From Longimicrobiales bacterium (GTDB lineage: Bacteria; Gemmatimonadota; Gemmatimonadetes; Longimicrobiales; Gaopeijiaceae): DNA of 64,000 nt. A model generated the notes under the pieces. It was not told where the DNA came from. It searched no databases and was given only the letters and a program-made list of their open reading frames with translations. The translations under genes were made by a program, and so were the position numbers. The stretch lies in NCBI GenBank assembly GCA_965203485.1, contig OZ241892.1, forward strand, positions 768,001 through 832,000, given 5' to 3'. Of the stretch, positions 36,912 to 46,271 are shown one piece after another; position 1 is the first letter of the stretch, and the number at the start of each line of letters is the position of its first letter.

Positions 36912-37778
36912 GTGTTTCAAGCGACCTCGCTCAACCGGCGGAGCTACCGCGCCCAAGCCCTGGCCAAGGCGGTCTTCTTCTTCACGACCATGGTGCTCGT
37001 GATCCCGGTGCTGCTGGTTCTGGGAACGCTCGTTTGGCGCGGCGCGCCGGTCCTCTCGTGGGACTTCGTGTCCATGCCGCCCTCGAGCGACGGCGGAGGC
37101 GGAATCGCTCTGCCCTTGGTGGGCACGGTGTGGCTTGTCGTGGTTGCTCTGCTGGCCTCCGTGCCGGTGGGCGTCGCCGCGGCGCTGTACTTGAGCGAGT
37201 ACGCGCCGGACAACGCGCTGACCCGCGCCATCAACTTGGCGATCGTCAACTTGGCGGGCGTGCCTTCGATCGTGCACGCGCTCTTCGGGGTGGGGGCCTT
37301 CGTCCGCTTCTTCGGCTTGGGCACGAGCATCCTCGCTGCGAGTCTCACGCTCGCCGTGATGACCTTGCCGGTCGTGATCGTCGCCACGCGCGAATCGTTG
37401 CAGGCGGTGCCCCATGCCTTCCGCGAGGCGTGCTGGAACATGGGCGCAACTCGCTGGCAGACGATCCGCAAGGTGGTGTTGCCCAACTCGGTGAGCGGCG
37501 TCCTGACCGGCGTGATCCTCGAGGTGTCCCGCACAGCGGGCGAAACGGCGCCCATCATGTTCACGGGCGCAGCCGCGTTCATGCTGTTCTACCCCGAGAG
37601 CGTCATGGACCAGACGATGGCCATGTCGTTGCACCTCTACGTGATCGCGACCCAGACGCCGGGCGTGCCGGACGCGCTGCCCTACGGCGTTGCCCTCGCG
37701 CTCGTGTGCATCGTGCTGTTCATGAACGCGACGTCGATCGCGTTTCGCGTCTACCTGCGGGGCCTCAAGAAGTGGTAG
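36912..37778 (+). CDS. pstA: Phosphate ABC transporter permease
   Basis: YLSEYA, NLAGVPSIV, R.AGETAP. Confidence 0.95.
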   Translation: MFQATSLNRRSYRAQALAKAVFFFTTMVLVIPVLLVLGTLVWRGAPVLSWDFVSMPPSSDGGGGIALPLVGTVWLVVVALLASVPVGVAAALYLSEYAPDNALTRAINLAIVNLAGVPSIVHALFGVGAFVRFFGLGTSILAASLTLAVMTLPVVIVATRESLQAVPHAFREACWNMGATRWQTIRKVVLPNSVSGVLTGVILEVSRTAGETAPIMFTGAAAFMLFYPESVMDQTMAMSLHLYVIATQTPGVPDALPYGVALALVCIVLFMNATSIAFRVYLRGLKKW

Positions 37779-38563
37779 CCCGGGCGGCGGGCGGCCCCCG
37801 CTACGACCAGCCGCCGGCGGTGGAGGTGCGCGGCCTGAGCATATCCTACCGCGGCAAGCCCGCGCTCGCCTGTGCCGACCTCGACATCTATCGCAACGAG
37901 GTCTTCGGCATCATCGGCCCGGCCAACAGCGGCAAGACGTCGTTTCTGCGCGCGCTGAACCGGATGGACGCATTCACGCCGGGCATGGACGTGCGGGGTT
38001 CGATCCGCATCAACGGCAAGGACACGCGCGAGTGGCGCAACTTGTACGCGCTGCGAAGCCGGATCGGCGTAGTCTTTCCGTTGCCCGTGGGCCTGCCGCT
38101 GACCGTCTTCGACAACGTGGCGTTTGCGCCCCGCCTGCGCGGCGTCCGCGGGAAGGCGGAACTGGAAGAGGTGGTCGAGCGCTGCCTGGTGCGCGCCGCC
38201 CTGTGGGACGAGGTCAAGGACCGGCTCGACACGCTTGGAAGCCTGCTGTCGGGAGGCCAGCAGCAACGGCTGACCATCGCCCGCGCGCTTTCGCAGGAAC
38301 CCGAGCTGCTTTTGCTCGACGAGTTCTCGATCGCGGTGGACCCGGTCACCACGATGCGGATCGAGGACGTGCTCAGGGAATTGCGCTCCGAACTCACGAT
38401 AGTGCTCGTCACGAACTTGGTGCAGCAGGCGCGCCGCCTCGCCGACCGCACGGCCTTCTTCCTGACCGGGGAAGTGGTCGAGGTTGGCAGAACCGAGGAC
38501 TTTTTTTTCGGCAAGGCGGCCGACGAGCGCACCGCGGGCTACGTCGAGGGCCGGTTTGGCTAG
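37772..38563 (+). CDS. pstB: Phosphate ABC transporter ATPase, copy 1 (degenerate Q- and H-loops)
   Basis: GPANSGKT, ALWDEVKDRL, LSGGQQQRL, LLLDEF, Y.EGRFG. Confidence 0.9.
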   Translation: MVARAAGGPRYDQPPAVEVRGLSISYRGKPALACADLDIYRNEVFGIIGPANSGKTSFLRALNRMDAFTPGMDVRGSIRINGKDTREWRNLYALRSRIGVVFPLPVGLPLTVFDNVAFAPRLRGVRGKAELEEVVERCLVRAALWDEVKDRLDTLGSLLSGGQQQRLTIARALSQEPELLLLDEFSIAVDPVTTMRIEDVLRELRSELTIVLVTNLVQQARRLADRTAFFLTGEVVEVGRTEDFFFGKAADERTAGYVEGRFG

Positions 38564-39443
38564 CTCGGCCGGCGCCCCGGGCCCTGTTGCGGCCCGCGAG
38601 GAAGCGGGACGGTCGCGAACGCCCTCGGTCGCCGGGCCGGACGCACGCGGTCTCGGCACGGCCGACGGGCAGGGAGGCGAGTTCGCGGTCGAGACGCGCG
38701 GTCTGAACCTGTGGTACGGCGACTTCCAGGCGCTCTTCGACGTCGACTTGCAAGTGCGGCGAGGGGCGGTGACATCGATGATCGGCCCTTCGGGGTGCGG
38801 CAAGTCCACGGTGCTGCGCACGTGCAACCGCATCGCCGAGCGGCTTGGCTACGTGCGCGCGACCGGCAGCGTCCTCGTCCATGGCCGCGACGTCTTCGCG
38901 GCGGGCGTCGAGATCGCCCAGGTGCGCAGGCAGGTGGGCATGGTGTTTCAGCGCCCGAATCCCTTGCCCGTGTCGATTCGCGCCAACGTGCTGTTCGGAT
39001 TTCGCCTCCACGAAGCCAGGCGGCGCAAGGTGGGCGCCGCCGAAGAGGAGGAAGCGCTGGAGGAGGCGTTGCGGCGGGTGCTGCTGTGGGACGCGGTGAA
39101 GGACCGCCTCGACAGGCCCGCGACCGGCCTTTCGCTGGAGGAGCAGCAGAAGCTGTGCATCGCCCGCCTGCTGCCGGTCAAGCCGCGCGTGCTCCTGATG
39201 GACGAACCCTGCTCCGCCCTCGATCCCGCCGGCACCGAAGCCGTGGAGGAGATGATCAGCGAGCTGAGCGGCGACTACACGATCCTTGTCGTGACGCACA
39301 ACTTGGCCCAGGCCCGGCGCGCCTCGAGCGAGTGCATCTTCATGCTGATGGGCCGCGTCGTGGAGAGCGGCCCCACGGATGCCGTCTTCGACCGCCCGCG
39401 GCGTTCGGAGACGGCGGCCTACGTCGCAGGGCGCTACGGCTGA
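38556..39443 (+). CDS. pstB: Phosphate ABC transporter ATPase, copy 2 (degenerate signature)
   Basis: GPSGCGKS, GMVFQRPNP, LSLEEQQKL, LMDEPCSALDP, VTHN, YVAGRYG; start approximate. Confidence 0.9.
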   Translation: MASSAGAPGPVAAREEAGRSRTPSVAGPDARGLGTADGQGGEFAVETRGLNLWYGDFQALFDVDLQVRRGAVTSMIGPSGCGKSTVLRTCNRIAERLGYVRATGSVLVHGRDVFAAGVEIAQVRRQVGMVFQRPNPLPVSIRANVLFGFRLHEARRRKVGAAEEEEALEEALRRVLLWDAVKDRLDRPATGLSLEEQQKLCIARLLPVKPRVLLMDEPCSALDPAGTEAVEEMISELSGDYTILVVTHNLAQARRASSECIFMLMGRVVESGPTDAVFDRPRRSETAAYVAGRYG

Positions 39444-40485
39444 CCCGCCTCGCCCGGGCGTCCGAGGCCGACCACACGCGAAACGGTCCGCGGTCCGCGA
39501 CAACGACGACGCGGCGGAAGGATTCGGCCAGCATCCTTCCCGCGGGCAGCCGCCTTTGGGTCACGACGACCAGCCGGCCGCGCGGGGCGAGCATGGCGGG
39601 CGCATGCCGCGCCAACTCGGCCAGCGCCTGCGTGCTCTGCTTCCGGCGGGCGTGGATGGGCGGATTGGACGCGACGAGATCGTAGGGGCCCTCGGCGGCG
39701 GTTGCGCCCGATCCGAGGACAAGGGTGGCTCGATGCGGGGCGGCGCCGGCGCGGACGTTGGCATCGGCGGCGGCTAGCGCAACGGCGTCGTGGTCCAGCA
39801 GGTCCGTCGAGATCGGCCCCCGGGCCCGCTCCATCGCTGCCGCGGCGACGATGCCTGTCCCCGCGCCGTAGTCCAGCAGCCGAGCTCCGGCCGGTAGCCG
39901 GGGCAGGCGCCCGGCCAGCAGGGCCGTGCCCGGATCCACGCGGCCGAACGCGAACACGCCGGGATAGTGACGCCACAGGCGGCGGCCCGCGCCCCAGTCG
40001 AGTGGCGCGTCGAGCGCCCACGACCCGAGTCCGTCCGGGCGCGGCGGGGGTTGCCGCCGCCGCGCGGACAACACTCGGCAGTGCGCCTTCGCCGCCGCCA
40101 CGCTCGGCGAGCTCGTGCCCCGAGGGAAGCGCTTGGCCGCTGAACGGATGCCGTCTCCGTTCGCGCCGTAGAGGAAGATCCGGCTGGCCCGCGCGGCGGC
40201 GGCATGCAGGAGCATCTCCGCTTCCCGCCCCGACGCTGGCATGCGCACCCAGACTTCTCCGAACGGCCCCTCCGGCGGCCAAGGCGAGCCCGCTTGCCCG
40301 ATCGTCTCGAAACGGCTCCAGCGCACGGATGCGACGCCCCTGCTCTCGAGCGCCGCCGTGAGCAGGGCGCTCGATTCGCCCATGACCAGCGCGGGCGCCC
40401 GTGGTCCGCCGCCCGCCGCCTCGTCTTCGTCCCGCAGGCGGATCCATTCGGCGGCTACCGTGGAGGCGTCGCGCCCTCCCCTCAC
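39340..40485 (-). CDS. RsmC-like class I SAM-dependent methyltransferase
   Basis: YPGVFA.GR.D.GT.LL, LDYGAGTG, DLVASNPPIH; GTG overlaps the cls stop. Confidence 0.85.
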   Translation of the reverse strand: MRGGRDASTVAAEWIRLRDEDEAAGGGPRAPALVMGESSALLTAALESRGVASVRWSRFETIGQAGSPWPPEGPFGEVWVRMPASGREAEMLLHAAAARASRIFLYGANGDGIRSAAKRFPRGTSSPSVAAAKAHCRVLSARRRQPPPRPDGLGSWALDAPLDWGAGRRLWRHYPGVFAFGRVDPGTALLAGRLPRLPAGARLLDYGAGTGIVAAAAMERARGPISTDLLDHDAVALAAADANVRAGAAPHRATLVLGSGATAAEGPYDLVASNPPIHARRKQSTQALAELARHAPAMLAPRGRLVVVTQRRLPAGRMLAESFRRVVVVADRGPFRVWSASDARARRVSRSALRRRPPSPNAAGGRRRHPWGRSPRRGPSA

Positions 40486-41927
40486 AGCAACGGTCCCAGC
40501 AGGCCTCCGGCGTTCTCGGCGAGCCGGCGCGGCCACCTGCGGCGGGTCCACCGGGCGGCGTCGACCGTCCGGCACCGGCCCAGGTAACGGTCCTGCAGGG
40601 CGCGGAGGCGCGACGCGAAGGCGCTGTCGTAGACGAGCGTCGTGATCTCGAAGTTGATGTCGAAGCTGCGGCGGTCCATGTTGGCCGTGCTGACCATGGC
40701 GAAGTCGCGGTCCACGGTCATCGTCTTGGCGTGGAGCAGCCCGTCCTCGAACTCGTGCACTTCGGCGCCTGCGTCGAGCAGCCCCTGGTAGTAGCTGCGG
40801 CTGGCCAAGCCGACCAGCAGAGAGTCGTTGCGCCGGGGCACCACGATGATCGTCGAAACGCCGCGCAACGCGGCTGTCGTGAGGGCGGCGACCGTGCCTT
40901 CGTCGGGCACGAAGTAGGGCGTCGTCAGGACGAGTTCCTCCCGGGCCGTGTGGATGGCCGACTGAATCACCCGCACGAGCGCCTGATTGCGCGAGTTGAC
41001 GCCGCTGCCGACGATCTGGAGTGCGGTGCCGGTGGCGTGGCGCACGGGCTGAATGGAGATCAGCTGGTCCAAGTTCTGGCCGCTGTCCAGATACCAATCC
41101 TCGACGAACAGAGCCTGCAAGTCGCGCACGGCGGGCCCGTCTATGCGAAGCGTGGCGTCGATCCACGGCGCAAACCTCGGCTTGGGATGAAAGGCGGCCG
41201 ACGCCACGTTGTGACTTCCCGTGTAGCCTACCCTTCCGTCCACGACCACGATCTTGCGATGATTCCTCATGTCGAAGCGAATGGAAGCGATTTGGTCGAT
41301 GCGCGTCGGAAGCCCGCCGACGACCTCCACTCCCGCCCGCTTCATCTTCCGGCAGAGGTCCGACTTCAGAAACGCCGCGGAGCCGACGTTGTCGGCCAGT
41401 AGCCGACACTCCACCCCCCGGCCAGCCCGCTCCATCAGAGCCCGCCCGATTCTGCGCCCCACTGCATCGTCCAGATAGATGTAGAAGAGCAGGTGCACGT
41501 GCTTGCGGGCCCCGGCGATGTCGTCTGCCAGGGCGTTCACGAAGTCGTCGGTTCGGGCCAGCAGCGCGAGGCGGTTGCCGGCCCGCGGCTCGGTGTCGCT
41601 CACGAGCCTCGCCAGCCTAGCTACGGCGCGGTGGGTGCCGTTGGCCAGCGATGGCGCGGCGACGTCTCCCCATGCCTGCGACAGCACGCTCCGGATGCTG
41701 CCTTGAATGATTCTGTGCCGACGTTTTCTCTTGCTCCCAGGCCGCACTTCGCCGACCGCCAAGTACAGCGCGACGCCGACGAGGGGCAACACCACGATCA
41801 CCAAGATCCAAGCCATCGACGAGGTTTGGCGCACGCGAGGCCGAAGAAGAACGAAGACCACGAACACCAACTGCAACGCGACGACGGCGCTCGCCGCCAA
41901 GGCCAGCACGGCGCTCAGGCCCGTCAT
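40482..41927 (-). CDS. cls: Cardiolipin synthase
   Basis: Two N-terminal TMs and two HKD motifs (RNHRKIVVVD, LHAKTMTVD). Confidence 0.95.
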   Translation of the reverse strand: MTGLSAVLALAASAVVALQLVFVVFVLLRPRVRQTSSMAWILVIVVLPLVGVALYLAVGEVRPGSKRKRRHRIIQGSIRSVLSQAWGDVAAPSLANGTHRAVARLARLVSDTEPRAGNRLALLARTDDFVNALADDIAGARKHVHLLFYIYLDDAVGRRIGRALMERAGRGVECRLLADNVGSAAFLKSDLCRKMKRAGVEVVGGLPTRIDQIASIRFDMRNHRKIVVVDGRVGYTGSHNVASAAFHPKPRFAPWIDATLRIDGPAVRDLQALFVEDWYLDSGQNLDQLISIQPVRHATGTALQIVGSGVNSRNQALVRVIQSAIHTAREELVLTTPYFVPDEGTVAALTTAALRGVSTIIVVPRRNDSLLVGLASRSYYQGLLDAGAEVHEFEDGLLHAKTMTVDRDFAMVSTANMDRRSFDINFEITTLVYDSAFASRLRALQDRYLGRCRTVDAARWTRRRWPRRLAENAGGLLGPLL

Positions 41928-41945
41928 CGGGGGCGACGTTGCGAG

Positions 41946-43463
41946 CTAGGGCCGACTTCCGCGCAACCTGACTACCACGAACAACGTCTTCAGCAATATC
42001 CACATGTCCCAAAGAGTGTTTCGGTAGCGGACATAGTGAAGGTCGTACTCAAGCTTGACTTGGGTGTCGGCGACGGTCTGGCTATAGCCGCCCTCGACTT
42101 GCGCGAGTCCGGTGATTCCCGGCCTCACGATGGAGCGCAGGTCGTAGTAGGGGATGAGCTTGCGAAACCGGGGAGCGCGCAAGGCGACTTCTGGACGCGG
42201 CCCCACCATGCTCATGTCTCCCCGAAGCACGTTCCAAAGTTGCGGCAACTCGTCCAAGTGCGTTATCCGCAAGAATCTTCCGAGCCGCGTGACCCTCGGA
42301 TCCCGTCGCTCGATGTGCGCTACTCGCTCAGCTCCGACGACCATGGTGCGAAACTTGTTGATGACGAAGGGCTGGCTCCGATAACCGACACGTTCCTGGC
42401 GGAAGAAGACGGGCCGTCCCGAAGTCAGGCCCACTGCCGCGGCCACGAGGAGAAGGACGGGAGAAAGGGCCACAAGAGCCGTTGCCGAAAAGGCGATGTC
42501 GAACATCCTCTTGACGCGGTCGTCCAACGCCTGTCCCCAACCCAGGAAGCGGAACGACAGAGCAACCCAAGAGTCCTCTACGTGGCGAATGGGCAACCTG
42601 TGCGTCAGCAACTCCATGCACGGGCCGATGTCCCTGACTTCCACTCCCAGTCGCTTGCAGAGGATGAGCTGGTGGTATATCGCCTGGCGTCCGGCCAAGC
42701 CGGCGGGCGCGACGGCGACCATTCGTATCCCCGTGGCCGCCACCACCTTCGAGATGTCCGTCGTCGGCCGCCGGCCGGCTTGGCGGCCGTACTTGACGAC
42801 CCGGACCTCGCCCGTCGGCAACGGCGTGAACCGGGCGTCCACGCGGTACGACTTGTCCTCCGCCAGGGCTTCCGCGAGCTCGTCGGCTCCCGGCCCGTGG
42901 CCGAGCACGGCGACGGGCACCGGAGCCACGCGGGCCCGGAGACGTTCGCCGCCGCTTCGCCTCCACAGGACGAGAAGGGGCAGGGTCAGGACATGATAGG
43001 CGACCACCGTTGTGCGCGCCAGTCCGATCTCGGGAAAGAAGAACGAGACGGTGCTCGCCGTCAGCACGCTGAGCCCCAGGCCGAAGAACAGGCGCGTCAC
43101 CATGCTGTTGGCGCGGTGATACACCCGTTCGTCGTAGCATCCGGCCAAGTACAGGCCGCCGACCGAAGTCACCGCCAACAAGGCCGACACGGCGAGGATC
43201 GAGTCCGTGCCGACGTTCGCGACGACGACCGTCGCCGTGATGGTCGCCGCCATGACCAGCCCGTCGGCCAGCAGAAAGATTCTGCCGCCGACGGATCGGC
43301 CGGAATCCGCCGCTGGGCTCGGAAATACCTCAAGCGAGCCCGGAAGGCCGCTGGGCGGCGGGCTTTCTCGGCCCGCCGGCTCTAGGGGGCGTGGCTGGGC
43401 TGAAGTGGCCATGGACGAAAAACGGGGGGGGGGGGGGGGGGGGGGGGGGGAGGAGGAGGACAC
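41946..43463 (-). CDS. Polyprenyl-phosphate glycosylphosphotransferase (initiating sugar transferase)
   Basis: Four N-terminal TMs, KRMFD, KFRTM, DPRVT..GRFLR...LDELPQLWNVLRGDMSMVGPRPE, RPGITGLAQV; start is GTG 43463 or ATG 43412. Confidence 0.93.
   Translation of the reverse strand: MSSSSPPPPPPPPRFSSMATSAQPRPLEPAGRESPPPSGLPGSLEVFPSPAADSGRSVGGRIFLLADGLVMAATITATVVVANVGTDSILAVSALLAVTSVGGLYLAGCYDERVYHRANSMVTRLFFGLGLSVLTASTVSFFFPEIGLARTTVVAYHVLTLPLLVLWRRSGGERLRARVAPVPVAVLGHGPGADELAEALAEDKSYRVDARFTPLPTGEVRVVKYGRQAGRRPTTDISKVVAATGIRMVAVAPAGLAGRQAIYHQLILCKRLGVEVRDIGPCMELLTHRLPIRHVEDSWVALSFRFLGWGQALDDRVKRMFDIAFSATALVALSPVLLLVAAAVGLTSGRPVFFRQERVGYRSQPFVINKFRTMVVGAERVAHIERRDPRVTRLGRFLRITHLDELPQLWNVLRGDMSMVGPRPEVALRAPRFRKLIPYYDLRSIVRPGITGLAQVEGGYSQTVADTQVKLEYDLHYVRYRNTLWDMWILLKTLFVVVRLRGSRP
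43424..43450. repeat. G27 homopolymer (C27 on the coding strand)
   Basis: Directly visible. Confidence 0.9.
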
Positions 43464-43466
43464 CGA

Positions 43467-44048
43467 TCAGCCGCCGTCCGGCGGCACGATCATAATGTGA
43501 GCGCCCGGAGTGCCAGGGTGCATGATCCACGGTCCGCCGGGTTGCGGTTCGGGCGAGAGCCCCGTGGACGCCGCGGTGGCGCCCGGGACGTATATCACCC
43601 ACCGCACGCGTCCTTCGCCGGTACGGCTTGCCGTGTCCCAGTCGCCGTCGAAGACGTACTGCGTCGCGGACGGCGACGGCGACGCCAGCGTGCCCGATTC
43701 CATCTCCTCCCAGCGAATCTGGTACCGCTCCTCGTGCGAGACGCTGTCGGCGGACAGCTCCCGCCCGCGTGCGAAGTAGGGTTCCAGCGACGCGTGATGG
43801 CAGGAAGTGGAAAAGCGTTCGCGGGCCGGGTTCGCCGCCAAGCAAATCAAGTCGCCCGAGCCCTCGCGCAGCTCGACGACCGCGCCGTCGCTCGCGTACC
43901 CCAGCACGCGGGCGGCCCCGGCCTTGTCGGCCGGCGCGGCGAGCAGGGCCTGCGCGATCTGCTCGTCCGGGTTCGGAACTTGAGCGTCGGCCACCCGGCA
44001 TGCGGGCACCGCGAGGGCGACAGCGACGGAAAAGCGGATGCGCTTCAT
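43467..44048 (-). CDS. Secreted hypothetical protein
   Basis: Signal peptide, IAQALLAAP, GPWIMHPGTPGAHIM. Confidence 0.75.
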   Translation of the reverse strand: MKRIRFSVAVALAVPACRVADAQVPNPDEQIAQALLAAPADKAGAARVLGYASDGAVVELREGSGDLICLAANPARERFSTSCHHASLEPYFARGRELSADSVSHEERYQIRWEEMESGTLASPSPSATQYVFDGDWDTASRTGEGRVRWVIYVPGATAASTGLSPEPQPGGPWIMHPGTPGAHIMIVPPDGG

Positions 44049-44097
44049 TCGGGAGGCTCTCTTCTGGTGCGGCGGCCAACGGGATCGAACGAGCGAC

Positions 44098-44631
44098 TCA
44101 TGTTGCTGGAAAGCGGACGATCTGCGGATCGTGGTTCTCCGCGACGAGGAAACGCAGCAGTCCCTGCTTCGAGATGCTCGTCGTCTTGGAATTGTCCAGG
44201 GGATGGAAGTTGAGCGGGTCGTCCTCCAGCAGCTCCTCGTCGAGGGCCACGCTGACGACGCGGCCGCGGTCGTTGACCACGGCGAACGGCGACACTGCGC
44301 CGGCCCGAACTCCCAGGTACGCGGCGAGGCGCCGGCCGCTGCAGAATGTGAGCCGCTTCGTGCCCAGCCGCCCTGCGAGCCAAGCCAGGTCCACCCGGCG
44401 GTCGCTCCTGCAGGAGACGAGCCAGTGCCGCTCCTTCTTGTCGCGAAGAAACAGGTTCTTGGTGTGCGCGCCGCGAATGTCGCCACGAAGGCGCCGCGCC
44501 TCTTCGACGGTGAACACGGGCGCGTGGCTCATGGTCCGGTGGGCCACCCCCAGGCCGTCCAGGCGCGAAAGCAACTCTTCGGACGACTTTGGGACAGCGC
44601 CGTCGGCCAGCCGGAGCAGGGCGGAATCCAT
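44098..44631 (-). CDS. YbaK/ProX (PrdX) aminoacyl-tRNA deacylase
   Basis: H.PVFTVEE, HTKNLFLRDKK, LGV..GAVSPF, NFHPL.N..T. Confidence 0.93.
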   Translation of the reverse strand: MDSALLRLADGAVPKSSEELLSRLDGLGVAHRTMSHAPVFTVEEARRLRGDIRGAHTKNLFLRDKKERHWLVSCRSDRRVDLAWLAGRLGTKRLTFCSGRRLAAYLGVRAGAVSPFAVVNDRGRVVSVALDEELLEDDPLNFHPLDNSKTTSISKQGLLRFLVAENHDPQIVRFPAT

Positions 44632-44727
44632 AATCTTATATAGTGTAACGACATGGAGGGCGGCGCAATGACGACTTGGGACGCGACAGCGCCGCCGGGG
44701 AACCCGGCAAGCGCCCGGCTCCGAATG

Positions 44728-45900
44728 TCACGCCGGGCCTGCCGGACGAGCCGTGGCGGGCGGCTGGTCCGGGTTCGCCAGCATGTCGTCGAGGGCGCGC
44801 TCCAAGGCCGTTGCCGTCCGGTCCGCGTCGGTCAGCTTGTCCAGCCCGAACAAGCCGATGCGGAACGTGCGGAAGTCGGCCGGTTCCCCGCAGGCCAGCG
44901 GCACTCCCGCCGCGACCTGGAGACCGGCCCGGGCGAACTTGGCGCCGCTGTGAACGTCCGGATCGCGGGTGTGGCTGACCACTACGCCGTCGGCCCGAAA
45001 GGAAGGGGCGGCGACGTTCCTGAAGCCCCTGGCTTCCAGCAGCGCCCGCACTCTCGCTCCCAGAGCGCGTTGCAGCCGCCTCGTCTCGCCGAACCCCAGA
45101 GCCCGCACCTCGGCCATTGCGGCAGAGAGCGTCCGCAACGCGTCGGTCGGCATCGTGGCGTGGTAAAGCTGGCGCCCGTCCTCGTACGCTTCCATGACGC
45201 GCACCCACATCGCCAAGTCGCATGCGAAGCTGGTGTTGCGCGCGCCGAGGACAGCGGCCAGCGCCGCGGGCCGCAGCATGACCAGGCCCGCGCACGGTGA
45301 TGCGCTCCAGCTCTTCTGCGGCGCGCTCACCAGCACGTCGACGCCCAGCACCTCCATGTCCACCCACTCGGTGCCCGATGCGATGCAGTCCAGCACGAAC
45401 AGGCCGCCTGCGCCGCGCGTGGCTTCGGCCACGGCCTTCAGGTAGTCGGGCGACAGCATGATTCCCGACGCCGTCTCCACGTGCGGCGCGAACACCACGG
45501 CGGGCGGCCGCGCCTCGATCGCGGCAACCACCTCGTCGGCCGGCGGAGGCGAGAAAGCCGGCGGACTCCCCCCGTCGGGCGCGGCCTTCAGCACGTCGCA
45601 TTCGGACGCGATCGCGCCCGCGTCCAGAATCTGGCTCCACCGGTAGCTGAACCAGCCGTTTCGTAGCACGAGGCACCGCCTCCCCGTGGCGAGCTGGCGG
45701 GCCACCGCTTCCATCGCGTACGTCCCCCCTCCCGGCACCACCGCGCAGGCCTGGGCGCCGTAGGCATCCTTGAGCGTCGACGAAATGCTCCTCATCGTCC
45801 GGCGAAAGGCGTCCGACATGTGGTTGAGCGACCGGTCCGTGAACACGACCGAGTACTCGAGCAACCCGTCCGGATCGACATCGGCGCGCAGTCCTGGCAT
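44728..45900 (-). CDS. Class V PLP aminotransferase (alanine/serine--glyoxylate aminotransferase-like)
   Basis: DVDPDGLLEYSVVFTDR, PHVETASG, LDCIASG, SAPQKSW (PLP Lys), FRIGLFG. Confidence 0.9.
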   Translation of the reverse strand: MPGLRADVDPDGLLEYSVVFTDRSLNHMSDAFRRTMRSISSTLKDAYGAQACAVVPGGGTYAMEAVARQLATGRRCLVLRNGWFSYRWSQILDAGAIASECDVLKAAPDGGSPPAFSPPPADEVVAAIEARPPAVVFAPHVETASGIMLSPDYLKAVAEATRGAGGLFVLDCIASGTEWVDMEVLGVDVLVSAPQKSWSASPCAGLVMLRPAALAAVLGARNTSFACDLAMWVRVMEAYEDGRQLYHATMPTDALRTLSAAMAEVRALGFGETRRLQRALGARVRALLEARGFRNVAAPSFRADGVVVSHTRDPDVHSGAKFARAGLQVAAGVPLACGEPADFRTFRIGLFGLDKLTDADRTATALERALDDMLANPDQPPATARPAGPA

Positions 45901-46271
45901 CTCCGCTTCCCATGGGCCGCCCACTGCTGGTTGTCGCGGGTTCGTCCGGGGCGGCGTTGGACGAACACGGAGTGTCCGCGGGCGGAGCAAGGGGTTCGAC
46001 GGCGATGCGCGCGGCGACCTGGGCCGGGCGCGCGCTCGCGTCGGCGCAACGATAGGCCCTGGGGGCGCGGTGCGGCAATCGCGAGGGCGCCGCAGGCCAC
46101 GCAGGGGCGCGGCGCCGTCGTCCCGGCGGAGCGTTACTTTAGGGACGCGCGTCCGTGGTCCGGCGCGCGCTGGCGTCGGGCCGGCGTCCGGGCGCCCAGC
46201 GGTCCTCCCACCAATCCTTGACAGTCGTGTCCACAAGCTCGTCGACGTCCCCGGCGCTTTCAGCGAAGCGC

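Noticed and set aside
39340..39443. 104-bp convergent overlap of the methyltransferase and pstB2
   Set aside because: A non-conserved-looking C-terminal run-on, common where stop codons are rare.
45901..46271. GC-rich intergenic region with GGTTCGA as a possible tRNA/tmRNA/riboswitch
   Set aside because: No cloverleaf, CCA end or riboswitch consensus could be built.
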